Shown piece by piece: positions 8,652 through 17,777 of a stretch of 64,000 bases of DNA; within the stretch, counting starts at the first letter, position 1; each line of letters starts with the position of its first letter. A model generated the notes under the pieces. It had not been told where the DNA came from. It did no database searches and worked only from the letters and a program-made list of their open reading frames with translations. The translations under genes and the position numbers were made by a program. The stretch comes from Pseudolabrys sp. (lineage in GTDB: Bacteria; Pseudomonadota; Alphaproteobacteria; Rhizobiales; Xanthobacteraceae), in contig DATDMA010000447.1 of NCBI GenBank assembly GCA_036519015.1, positions 33,253 through 97,252 on the forward strand, given 5' to 3'.

Positions 8652-9645
8652 TGCACAGGCTATCCTCAATGCCGACGCTAGTCCGGTCTTCTGTCTTGCT
8701 TTGAGCGGCGTGGTGGAGTTCGCAAACTTTTCGGCCCGGACTAACGCGCCGGCGGTCAATGTCGGCACGCGCCTGGACGATTTTCCCGGCAACGAGAAAA
8801 TGAGTTTGTATCTGGATCGTTGCAGCGGCTCAACAACGCCGCTTCTCGGTACCATTCACCTGCCGACCCTGACCGGCTCGCGTGAGCGATTCGTCTGCCA
8901 CGGAAACCTTATCGAGCGCTTTTCTAACAAGCTCCTGCTCCGCTGCACGCGGGCGGACACGCGGTTTTCAGCGCTTACCAATCAGATACACGAATTGAAC
9001 CGCGAAATTCGCAAGCATCAGCACACGCAAGCCGTGCTTGAAGAAGCGCTACGCGACCGAGAGGTTCTCATTAGGGAGGTCCACCATCGCGTCAAGAACA
9101 ATGTACAGATGCTGGCAGGCATGCTCTCGACTTCTGCGCGGGAGACTGATTCTCAAGAAGCCAGAGAAGTGCTAAGCGACGGATCGCGGCGCTTGCGCGC
9201 GATGAGTGTCGTTCAACAAACGCTGTATGGGAAGGGACCGCACGTGAATACGAAGGCGGACCACTTTCTCGAGACTTTGATAATGGAGTTACGAGGGACC
9301 TGGCCTGCGGCAGTGCACTTGAGCGCGGAGATAGAGCCTATAGACCTGCCCACGGACATAGCGACACCGTTGGCTCTCATTGCGAATGAGTTGCTCACCA
9401 ATGCGGTGAAGTATGGTCGGGGTCCGAGGCAGGACGTTAACATTTCTTTCGTATTTCGGCGCACTGAAGGCGGCTTGGAGCTAGCTGTTTCCGATCAAGG
9501 TCCGGGATTCGAGTTGACGGATGTCGGCAAACAATCCTCGGGACTTGGTCTCGTGCGCGGCCTTGCGAGGCAAATAGGCGGTAGCTTCGAAGTAACCAGC
9601 AGCCTCGGTAGCAAATGCCGGGTCGGATTCCAACTTCCGGTTTGA
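8614..9645 (+). CDS. Cytoplasmic sensor histidine kinase, HisKA_2 type
   Basis: EVHHRVKNN H-box, NELLTNAVKYG N-box, DQGPG, GLGLV. No TM helix. GTG start after GGGGA, overlapping the upstream gene by 38 nt. Confidence 0.92.
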   Translation: MNISVATLPLSPDAQAILNADASPVFCLALSGVVEFANFSARTNAPAVNVGTRLDDFPGNEKMSLYLDRCSGSTTPLLGTIHLPTLTGSRERFVCHGNLIERFSNKLLLRCTRADTRFSALTNQIHELNREIRKHQHTQAVLEEALRDREVLIREVHHRVKNNVQMLAGMLSTSARETDSQEAREVLSDGSRRLRAMSVVQQTLYGKGPHVNTKADHFLETLIMELRGTWPAAVHLSAEIEPIDLPTDIATPLALIANELLTNAVKYGRGPRQDVNISFVFRRTEGGLELAVSDQGPGFELTDVGKQSSGLGLVRGLARQIGGSFEVTSSLGSKCRVGFQLPV

Positions 9646-9732
9646 GGGAAGATGCGAGCGTATGCCACCGGCCTGTTTGGCCGCACAAAAACATTCGCTG
9701 CGGCTGTCTTCGGTCCACACGACGATGCGCGG

Positions 9733-10113
9733 ATGGGGAGTCCCGCAGCGCGCATATTGCTCGTAGAAGATGAGTACTTCGCAGCCATTACGACAGAAGC
9801 TTGGCTTAGAGACGCCGGTTTCGAAGTTGTTGCTACCGCCGTAACGGCAGACGAGGCGGTGACACTAGCGCATGATCTTCGGCCTGACGTGATCATCATG
9901 GATATCAGGCTGCTCGGGCCGCGGGACGGGATCGACGCAGCGATTGAGATATTCCGATCGACTGGCATTCGAAGTCTCTTTGCTTCGGCCAATGACGATC
10001 CCGGAACGCGTGTTCGGGCAGACGAAGCGCAGCCTTGGGGATGGTTAAGTAAACCTTACGTGAGCACGCAGCTGATCGTGGCGGTGAAGAACGTGCTAGC
10101 TGAACGTCGCTAA
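9733..10113 (+). CDS. Single-domain response regulator
   Basis: ILLVEDE, PDVIIMDIRL, DGID and KP motifs. No output domain. Confidence 0.9.
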   Translation: MGSPAARILLVEDEYFAAITTEAWLRDAGFEVVATAVTADEAVTLAHDLRPDVIIMDIRLLGPRDGIDAAIEIFRSTGIRSLFASANDDPGTRVRADEAQPWGWLSKPYVSTQLIVAVKNVLAERR

Positions 10114-10198
10114 GACAAGGATCAAGACTTGCGGTTGTGCGCCTGTTCGGCTGCGCCCTCCGCCGATCGGTTAGTGGCCTGTTTCGTGAGTCCACGCC

Positions 10199-10975
10199 CT
10201 AATCCCGCCTGAACACCACACTTGCGAACCAACCGATCAGGAGCGCCATCATCGATGTCGCCGCGCCGTAGATCAGGCCGTAATTGCGCGAGGCATCCAC
10301 GAGATACTGCTCGACGCCGGTCTTGATCACTTCGAGGTTCGAGGTGGTGCGCGCCACCATCTGGCCGCCGGAGAACAGCTTGACGTCGATCGGATAGCTG
10401 CCGGTCGGCACGTTGGAGGGCAGGGGGATCGCGACGCGGAACACGCTGGGCGTCAGGAAGGTCACCGCCGAGGAGGATTGGCGGTAGAGGCCGTAGAACG
10501 TCTGCAGGCGCACGAAGGCAACGCGATACGGGTCATCGCGCACCGTGTCCGCGATGTCCGGTCCGATACGCTGCGTCAGCAGAAAATAGTCGAGACCGAC
10601 CTGCAGGCGCCGGCGCACATCCGCATTGGCGATCTCTTCCACCGGCCGGTTGCTGAGGATGGTGAGATAAGATGGCACGCGCACGAATTCGCGCCAATCG
10701 ATATTGACCCAGATGCCCAGCACGCGCTCCTTGCGCCGCGTGCGGATCGTCTCCGGCGGCCCGGTCATGGTCACCACGAGATCGTAGTTCGAGCGCAGCG
10801 CGGCGCGATCGGGACCCGGCTCGATGACGCCGAACAGCACCAGGTTCTCGCCGACGAAGCTTGAGGTCACGGCCACGCGGTTATTCGACAGCGACACGAC
10901 CATGCGCTCGGCCAATGCCGGCTCGGCCGCGCAGGCGGCCAAGACGACCAGGAGCATGAGCGTGCGCCGCATCAT
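10199..10975 (-). CDS. TIGR02186 family membrane protein
   Basis: Signal peptide, RRKERVLGIWVN motif, C-terminal TM helix. Coupled to TauE, as is usual in alphaproteobacteria. Confidence 0.88.
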   Translation of the reverse strand: MMRRTLMLLVVLAACAAEPALAERMVVSLSNNRVAVTSSFVGENLVLFGVIEPGPDRAALRSNYDLVVTMTGPPETIRTRRKERVLGIWVNIDWREFVRVPSYLTILSNRPVEEIANADVRRRLQVGLDYFLLTQRIGPDIADTVRDDPYRVAFVRLQTFYGLYRQSSSAVTFLTPSVFRVAIPLPSNVPTGSYPIDVKLFSGGQMVARTTSNLEVIKTGVEQYLVDASRNYGLIYGAATSMMALLIGWFASVVFRRD

Positions 10976-11895
10976 TGGCCTGTGACCTCACGGATCGAAT
11001 AGAGGTCGTCCGGCACCGACACCAGCTGGTGCGCGAAGCGCATCCCCACCGCGAACACCAAAAGCCCGAGCAGCAGCCGCAGCCGTTCGCCGCGCATCTT
11101 CTGGCCCGTGCGGACGCCGAACTGCGCGCCAATCACACCGCCGACCATCAGGATCAGCGCCAGGATCGCATCAACCAGGTGATTGGTGACGGCGTGCATC
11201 ACCGTCGCTGAGGCCATGGTGATCAGCGTCAGCACCATCGAGGTGCCGATCACCGTCGCCGTCGGCACCCGCAGGAAATAGATCAGCATCGGCACCAGCA
11301 GAAAGCCGCCGCCGATGCCGAGGATGGCGCCGATGAAGCCGATGACGAAACCGATGGCCCAGACGGGAATCGCCGAGACATAGATCTTCGAGCGTTTGAA
11401 CCGCATCTTCAGCGGCAGCCCGTGGATCCAGTTATGGCTGCCCGGGCGGCGCAGCGTCGCCGGCATGCCTTTGCGCGCGCGCAACTCCGCTCGCACGCTT
11501 TCATAGATCATGAGGGCGCCCACGATGCTCAGCAGCGTCACGTAGGAGAGCCCGATCACCAGGTCGAGTTGATCCAGCGCGCGCAATTCGGTGAACAGCC
11601 AAACGCCGAACGCCGTGCCGATGATGCCGGCGCTGAGCAGCATCATCGCCAGCGCCACGTCGATCGCGCGCCGTCTCCAGTAGGTGATCGCGCCGGTGCA
11701 GGAGGAGGCGGCGATGTGGCTTGCCACGCTGGCCACGGCCACGGCCGGCGAGATGCCGATGAAGATCAGCAGCGGCGTCATCAAGAAGCCGCCGCCGATG
11801 CCGAACATGCCGGAGATGAATCCGACAGCCAGTCCCATCCCCAGCACCAGGAAGATGTTCACGGGCATGTCGGCGATCGGCAGATAGATTTGCAC
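10972..11895 (-). CDS. Sulfite exporter TauE/SafE family protein
   Basis: MQIYLPIA start and duplicated GIGGGF motifs. Confidence 0.92.
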   Translation of the reverse strand: MQIYLPIADMPVNIFLVLGMGLAVGFISGMFGIGGGFLMTPLLIFIGISPAVAVASVASHIAASSCTGAITYWRRRAIDVALAMMLLSAGIIGTAFGVWLFTELRALDQLDLVIGLSYVTLLSIVGALMIYESVRAELRARKGMPATLRRPGSHNWIHGLPLKMRFKRSKIYVSAIPVWAIGFVIGFIGAILGIGGGFLLVPMLIYFLRVPTATVIGTSMVLTLITMASATVMHAVTNHLVDAILALILMVGGVIGAQFGVRTGQKMRGERLRLLLGLLVFAVGMRFAHQLVSVPDDLYSIREVTGQ

Positions 11896-12070
11896 GCGGC
11901 GGCGTCCGGGTTTCGAAGCCCTCGGGTCCAGGCCCGAAGTCCACGCCGCAGGACTATCCTGCGATCAGCGCCAGGGCGCGCGGAGCTTCAGCGAACCAAT
12001 TCGAAGGCTTGCACGATCTTAGCGGTGAACGCGGTCACGATCACGTGCCTATGCGTCGCGGCGCTCTTGT

Positions 12071-15000
12071 TCACCGTTTTCCGACATTAAAGGCGCCGAG
12101 CGTCAGCGGGCCCGCGGTCCGCGGCTTGCTGCGCGCGGCGGGCGCGGCCGGGGCGGTGGCGGCGTCATCCCAGCCGCCGGTCGGCGCGGCAACGGCGATC
12201 GCCTCCTGCGGCTGCGGCGCCGGGACAAAGGTTTGCACCGCCCGCTGGGCGGCGGCCAGGGCATCGCCTTCCATCTGCGAGGCGACCTCGTCGCGCTTGC
12301 GGGCGGCTTCCTTGTCGCCCTGGGCAGCGGCGAGCGCGAACCACTTATACGACTCCGGATAGCTCTTCTCGGTGCCAAGCCCGCGCGCGGCGAGGACGCC
12401 GAGATTGTACTGGCTGTCGGCGATGCCGTACTGCGAGGCCTTGCGGAACCAATTCGCGGCGGTCGCGTAGTCGGGCTTACCGTCGACGCCCTCGGCGTAG
12501 AGCACGGCGAGGTTATGCATGGCCTTGGCGTTGCCCTTGGCGGCGGCGGCGATATAGAGCTTCCGCGCGGCGTTAAGGTCCTTCTTCACGCCCTGGCCCT
12601 TCTCCAGCAGGCTCGCATAGCGGAACTGGGCCAGCGGCAGGCCTTTGCCGGCGGCGCGCTCGTACCAGCGCGCGGCGTCCTCGAGGCTGGCCGGCACGCC
12701 GCGCCCTTCCGCGTAGCGCACGGCGACCTCGTAGGCGGCGTCGGCGTCGCCACCCGCTGCAGCATTGCGCAGGCGGGCGCTGCCGATGGCAATCGGCAGG
12801 CCACTAAGCGTCGGCGCCGGTCCCGTAGCAGTCGGCGGGATCGAACCGGTGACGTCGCCTTTGTTCTGGGTTGCGGGCGGCATCAGCATCGGCGGGGCGA
12901 GCAGCGACGACGGCAGGCCTTGCGCGCTCTGGTTCGGATTGAGCGACGGCGTCGGGCTGAGGCTCTGGGTGGTGGCCGGTGCGGCGGGCGTCAATGGATT
13001 GGCGGCAAGGGAATCGTTTGTGTCCTGCGCGTCGTCGGCGCTGGCATCGGTCGTGTCAGGAGCCGCGTCGGACAGCTTCGGCTTCGCGGCCTGCTGCGTG
13101 GCCGGGCTGTGGTACACAAGACTGCCCATGAACTGCACCGAGCCGACCACCACCGCCACGATGCTCGCGGCGATGAACAGCGACTTCACGCGCTTCATCA
13201 TCTTGCCGCGCAGTGACGACGACGGATCGCCGTCGTCGTCGACGTCGGCCGCTTCCGCGGCGCGCGGCATGCGGGCGCTCGCCTCCTGCACGGCGGCCTG
13301 CGCGGCCCGCCGGGCGGCGGCGATGAAGCTCGATTTACCGCCCGCGGCCGCCGCTGGCCGCGCATTCCCGAGCGCAGCTTCGGCTGTGGCGATGCGGGCG
13401 CCCGCGCGGACGCGCGGTGGCCCGGAGCCGGGTTCGAGCGGCTGATCGGGCGGAAGGTCCGGATCGATCGGCTTATGGCCGGCCGGCGGCATGCGCCTCT
13501 GGGCCGGTGCCGCGACCACCGGCGGTGGCGGAGCCGAGACCACGGGCGCGGGGGCCGGCATGAATTCCGGCTCGGGCATCTGCAGTGGCGCAGCCGGCGG
13601 CATGCGCGGAGGCGCCACGGGCGCCTGCGGGACCGGACGCGCCGCGATCTTGCCGACCGGCTGGGTGAGTTCGAGCGTCTCGTGGTCGGCCGGAGCCGGC
13701 GCGCGGGCGTTGCTGCGGAACTCCTTTTCGATCATGGCGAGGCGGTCGACCACATGGCCGAGCGTGCCGTTCACCGCGTCGAGGGCGTATTGCGTGCGGG
13801 CGATGTCGTGCTTGAGCTCGTGGACCCCGGCCGTGTTCTCGGCCCGCAGCGCACCCTGCTCGTTGGTCGTACGCATGTCCTGGATGTGCACCAGGAGATC
13901 GCCCAGCCCGCGCTCGATCGCTTCCAGATGGCCGAGGCGCGAATCGGACGCGTCCAGCCGCTCGACCAGCTTGACGATGTGGTCTTCGAGATGGCCGATG
14001 GCGACGTTGTCGCCGCGCGACTGCTGAATCTGCTCGATCTTGTCGGACAGCGACTGCACCAGCGCTTCCAGGCGCGGCGGCACGGTGGCGCCGGCCTGCG
14101 CGCGCTGCGCCAGGGCTTCGGCCAAAGCGTCGATGCGGTGCTCGAGATTGTTGAGGGCATCGCCGCCCACGCCGCCGAGGCCGATGTGCTCGACCTTTTC
14201 GGCCAGCATATGCACTTGCGCGGCCAAGCTGCTCACCGCCTCGTCGGACGCGACATGGGTCGCCATGTCGCGCAGCGTGGTGATGGCGCGCTCGAGCTGG
14301 TGCAGCGTCTCGGGGTCTTTCTGCGCAACGATTAGGTCGATCTTGTGCGCCAGCGCATTGACCGCGTCGTGGAAGCCAACCAGGCTTTCCGCCGGCGTGA
14401 GCCCGCGCAGGGCGTCGCGTACTTCCGCAAGCCCGTGCTCGATGCCGCCGAGCGCGCCATTGTCGACGCCGGCCTGCCGGCCTTCGGCGATGCGCTGCGT
14501 CAGACCCTGGATCTGCTTCTCGATCGTATCGATTTCCCGGCGCGGCATCGCGTCATGCAGCGCGCGGCCGATGTCGCCGAGCTCACCGCGCAACGCGTTG
14601 ATCGCTTCCTCGACGCCCGGGCGGCGCAGCGTCTCAATCTGGTCGGTGATGCGGCGAAGTTGATCTTCCAGGCCCGACAAGTCCTGCGTCGGCACCGGCG
14701 CGAAGACCGGGGCAGGCGGTGGCGCATAAGCCGGCGGCGGCTCGGGTTCGGGCCGACGACGCTGTTGCGGCGGCGCAAAAGCAGCGACAGGGTCGGGTGC
14801 GGGCGCAGGCGCAGGCGCAGGCGCGTTGAGCGCGCGCTGGCGGGCGGTGATCTCGGCGATGGCGCGGTCGAGTGCCGGCGGGATCTGGATATTCGGCAGC
14901 GGCGGAGGCGGCGGTGCCGGCTGGTACGGCGCCATGGGCGGCACCATCGAGGGCGCCGCCATCTGCGGCGGAATCGGCGGATAGTGCGCCGGCATGTGCG

Positions 15001-15412
15001 GCGCCATCGGCGGAGCGATGGGCTGCGCCACAGGTTGCGGCATTTGCGCGAACTGGTCGAGCCGCCGGTCGAGACGGGTAATCAGCTGGGCGATCTGGTC
15101 GGAGTCGTTGCGGCCGCGCTTTTGCCCCTTGGGCGCCTGGGCCGCGGGTCCGGTGCGGGCGAAATGCTCGATGCGCCGCGTGAGATCGTCCAGGCGCTGG
15201 TGGACGGTGGAGAGATCCTCGGCATAGGCCTCGTCGGCCTCGTCGTCGCGGCCATGCCCGCGGAGGTCTTCGTCCTCATCCTCAGCCTGCTGCAGGATGA
15301 CGGAGTTCAACCACTCGCCCAACGACATGCCAGAGCGGCGCGCGGCTTCCCGCGCGGTCTCACGGGCCTCCGGCCGTATGCCTTTGACATTCCACGGAAC
15401 GCTAAGTTTCAT
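12071..15412 (-). CDS. podJ: Polar localization factor PodJ-like protein
   Basis: WNVKGIRPEARETAREAARRSGMSLGEWLN N-terminus, coiled coils, SSFIAAARRAAQAA, one TM helix, SEL1 repeats. Confidence 0.85.
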   Translation of the reverse strand: MKLSVPWNVKGIRPEARETAREAARRSGMSLGEWLNSVILQQAEDEDEDLRGHGRDDEADEAYAEDLSTVHQRLDDLTRRIEHFARTGPAAQAPKGQKRGRNDSDQIAQLITRLDRRLDQFAQMPQPVAQPIAPPMAPHMPAHYPPIPPQMAAPSMVPPMAPYQPAPPPPPLPNIQIPPALDRAIAEITARQRALNAPAPAPAPAPDPVAAFAPPQQRRRPEPEPPPAYAPPPAPVFAPVPTQDLSGLEDQLRRITDQIETLRRPGVEEAINALRGELGDIGRALHDAMPRREIDTIEKQIQGLTQRIAEGRQAGVDNGALGGIEHGLAEVRDALRGLTPAESLVGFHDAVNALAHKIDLIVAQKDPETLHQLERAITTLRDMATHVASDEAVSSLAAQVHMLAEKVEHIGLGGVGGDALNNLEHRIDALAEALAQRAQAGATVPPRLEALVQSLSDKIEQIQQSRGDNVAIGHLEDHIVKLVERLDASDSRLGHLEAIERGLGDLLVHIQDMRTTNEQGALRAENTAGVHELKHDIARTQYALDAVNGTLGHVVDRLAMIEKEFRSNARAPAPADHETLELTQPVGKIAARPVPQAPVAPPRMPPAAPLQMPEPEFMPAPAPVVSAPPPPVVAAPAQRRMPPAGHKPIDPDLPPDQPLEPGSGPPRVRAGARIATAEAALGNARPAAAAGGKSSFIAAARRAAQAAVQEASARMPRAAEAADVDDDGDPSSSLRGKMMKRVKSLFIAASIVAVVVGSVQFMGSLVYHSPATQQAAKPKLSDAAPDTTDASADDAQDTNDSLAANPLTPAAPATTQSLSPTPSLNPNQSAQGLPSSLLAPPMLMPPATQNKGDVTGSIPPTATGPAPTLSGLPIAIGSARLRNAAAGGDADAAYEVAVRYAEGRGVPASLEDAARWYERAAGKGLPLAQFRYASLLEKGQGVKKDLNAARKLYIAAAAKGNAKAMHNLAVLYAEGVDGKPDYATAANWFRKASQYGIADSQYNLGVLAARGLGTEKSYPESYKWFALAAAQGDKEAARKRDEVASQMEGDALAAAQRAVQTFVPAPQPQEAIAVAAPTGGWDDAATAPAAPAARSKPRTAGPLTLGAFNVGKR

Positions 15413-15537
15413 GCTCACACCCACTCCGAGGTGGAGGCGCGAAGAGCCGTAATGGCGCCCGTGGAACCGACGCACGTTAGCGGCGGGTGAATACGGGCTC
15501 GGTCCTCAGTCCACTTCCCGACTTTTTGCCGGTTGCG

Positions 15538-15553
15538 GTAAATAAGCGGTTAA
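15538..15553 (-). promoter_or_regulatory. CtrA-box-like site upstream of podJ
   Basis: Minus strand TTAA-CCGCTTA-TTTAC (consensus TTAA-N7-TTAAC). Confidence 0.6.
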
Positions 15554-15714
15554 TGTTTGCCCGAAGTGCCGGAATTTCCGTGCGAATTGCTCCGGCGGCG
15601 GAGGTATCGACCGCTTTACGCCGAAGAAAGCGTCATTATGCTATCCTGACGCGAAGCCGCTGATGCGGCGGGGGAAATGCGCCCATTCTTAAATCGGTCG
15701 CAACCGTTCACTAG

Positions 15715-15730
15715 TTAACGAGTTGTAAAC
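15715..15730 (+). promoter_or_regulatory. Second CtrA-box-like site
   Basis: TTAA-CGAGTTG-TAAAC in the podJ/acyl-CoA dehydrogenase intergenic region. Confidence 0.55.
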
Positions 15731-15774
15731 GGCGCTCGGCTCGCGGGCGCCGTCACGCATGCCGGGAGGGATTA

Positions 15775-17568
15775 TTGCCGAGCTACAAAGCCCCAGTCGA
15801 CGACGCGTTGTTTTTGCTCAACGACGTTTTTCAGCTCGAGCGTTACGGCAATCTGCCGGGCTTCGCCGATGCCTCGCCCGATCTCGTCGAAGCCGTGCTG
15901 CGCGAGGCGGCCAAGTTCAGCGAAGAGGTGCTGACGCCGCTCAATCGCGTCGGCGACACCGAGGGCTGCACGCGCCATGACGACGGCAGCGTCAGCACGC
16001 CCACCGGCTTCAAAGACGCCTATCGCGGAATCGTCGAGGGGGGCTGGATCGGCATCTCCGTGCCGGTCGCATTCGGCGGCCAGGATCTGCCCGCGACCCT
16101 CACCGTGATCGTCAATGAATTCCTCTGCTCGTCCAACATGGCCTTCGCCATGTATCCGGGCCTGACCCAGGGCGCGATTGCCGCGCTGCTCGCGCATGCT
16201 TCACCGGAGCTCAAGACCAAGTATCTGCCCAAGATGGTGACCGGCGAATGGACCGGCACCATGAACCTCACCGAGCCGCATTGCGGCACTGACCTCGGCC
16301 TCCTGCGCACGAAGGCAGCGAAGCAAGGCGACGGCAGCTACAAGATCACCGGCACCAAGATCTTTATTTCTGCCGGCGAGCACGATCTGTCGCAGAACAT
16401 CGTGCATCTGGTGCTCGCACGCATCGAAGGCGCGCCGGCCGGCACCAAGGGCATCTCGCTCTTCGTCGTGCCCAAGCTGATGGTCGATGCCGACGGCGCG
16501 TTGGGCGCGCACAACGGTGTGTCCTGCGGCTCGCTTGAAGAGAAGATGGGCATCCACGGTAATTCCACTTGCGTCATGAACTACGACGGCGCCACCGGCT
16601 GGCTGGTGGGCGAGGAGAACCGCGGCCTCAACGCCATGTTCACGATGATGAACGAGGCGCGGCTCGGTGTCGGCGTGCAGGGCCTCGCGCAGTCCGAGGT
16701 CGCCTATCAAAACGCGGCGATCTACGCGAAGGAGCGCCTGCAGGGCCGCGCCATCTCCGGCACCAAATATCCCGACAAGGCGGCCGATCCGATCATCGTG
16801 CATCCGGACGTGCGCCGCACGCTCCTGACCATCCGCGCCTTCAACGAGGCGGCGCGCGCGCTGGTGATGTGGACCGCGCTCAAAGGCGACGTTGCCCACC
16901 GCTCCGAGGATGCGAAGGAGCGCCAGAGCGCGGACGACCATATGGGCCTGCTCACGCCGGTGATCAAAGGCGTGCTCACCGATCGCGGCTTCGCCAATGC
17001 GGTGCTGGCGCAGCAGGTGTTCGGCGGCCACGGCTACATCGCCGAGAACGGCATGGAGCAGTTCGTGCGCGACGCGCGCATCGCTCAGATCTACGAAGGC
17101 GCCAACGGCATCCAGGCGCTCGATCTCGTCGGCCGCAAGCTCGGCAAGGATGGCGGGCGCGCCATCATGGCCTTCTTCAATGAGGTGCAGACTTATCTCA
17201 AGGAGCGCGCCGACAGCGACGAGATGAACGTCTATCTCAAGCCTCTTGGCATTTCGCTGGCGCATCTCCAGCAGGCGTCGATGTGGTTCATGAACAACGC
17301 CATGGCCAAGCCCGACAATGCCGGCGCCGGCTCATACGATTACATGCATCTCTTTGGCCTGGTCGCGCTCGGCTACATGTGGTGCAGGATTGCGGAAGCC
17401 TCGCTCGCCAAGCTGCCGAAGGCGGATGGTGCCGCGCCGCGCTTAAATGCGAAGCTTGTCACCGCGCGCTTTTTCATGGAGCGGATGCTGCCGGAAACCG
17501 CGACGCATCTCGCCCGCATCCAGGCCGGCGCCGGCTCGACCATGGAGTTGCCTGACGAGGCGTTCTGA
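15775..17568 (+). CDS. Acyl-CoA dehydrogenase (long, about 600-aa type)
   Basis: GTMNLTEPHCGTDL, GTKIFISAGEH, QVFGGHGY, IYEGANGIQ. TTG start after GGGAGG. Confidence 0.95.
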   Translation: MPSYKAPVDDALFLLNDVFQLERYGNLPGFADASPDLVEAVLREAAKFSEEVLTPLNRVGDTEGCTRHDDGSVSTPTGFKDAYRGIVEGGWIGISVPVAFGGQDLPATLTVIVNEFLCSSNMAFAMYPGLTQGAIAALLAHASPELKTKYLPKMVTGEWTGTMNLTEPHCGTDLGLLRTKAAKQGDGSYKITGTKIFISAGEHDLSQNIVHLVLARIEGAPAGTKGISLFVVPKLMVDADGALGAHNGVSCGSLEEKMGIHGNSTCVMNYDGATGWLVGEENRGLNAMFTMMNEARLGVGVQGLAQSEVAYQNAAIYAKERLQGRAISGTKYPDKAADPIIVHPDVRRTLLTIRAFNEAARALVMWTALKGDVAHRSEDAKERQSADDHMGLLTPVIKGVLTDRGFANAVLAQQVFGGHGYIAENGMEQFVRDARIAQIYEGANGIQALDLVGRKLGKDGGRAIMAFFNEVQTYLKERADSDEMNVYLKPLGISLAHLQQASMWFMNNAMAKPDNAGAGSYDYMHLFGLVALGYMWCRIAEASLAKLPKADGAAPRLNAKLVTARFFMERMLPETATHLARIQAGAGSTMELPDEAF

Positions 17569-17602
17569 GCGCGCCTCAGTACCTGAAAAACCGTCCGAAT
17601 GG

Positions 17603-17628
17603 GGAACCATCGCGCACGCGTTCCCGTT
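17603..17628 (+). promoter_or_regulatory. Sigma-EcfG-type promoter
   Basis: GGAAC-CATCGCGCACGCGTTCC(17)-CGTT, exact consensus, about 50 nt upstream of the sORF. Confidence 0.75.
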
Positions 17629-17676
17629 TGACTCTCGGTCATACCCCGGAGCGGGGCTAAGACTAGGGAGGCTAGG

Positions 17677-17751
17677 ATGAACGGTCTTATCTATCTCGTC
17701 GGACTGATCGTGGTGATCATGGCGATCCTGTCGTTCCTTGGCCTGCGCTGA
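17677..17751 (+). CDS. 24-aa single-TM small protein
   Basis: GGGAGG RBS, MNGLIYLVGLIVVIMAILSFLGLR*, host-like codons. Below the ORF-track cutoff. Confidence 0.85.
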   Translation: MNGLIYLVGLIVVIMAILSFLGLR

Positions 17752-17777
17752 TGAGCGCACAACAAGGAGACCTCGCC

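Noticed and set aside
8651-8704. TGATG-coupled start for the kinase or a programmed frameshift from MetOD1
   Set aside because: That ATG is out of frame with the kinase and closes after 17 codons. GTG at 8614 has a usable RBS.
14690-15040. GCAGGC-like tandem repeats
   Set aside because: They encode the Pro/Ala-rich linker of PodJ.
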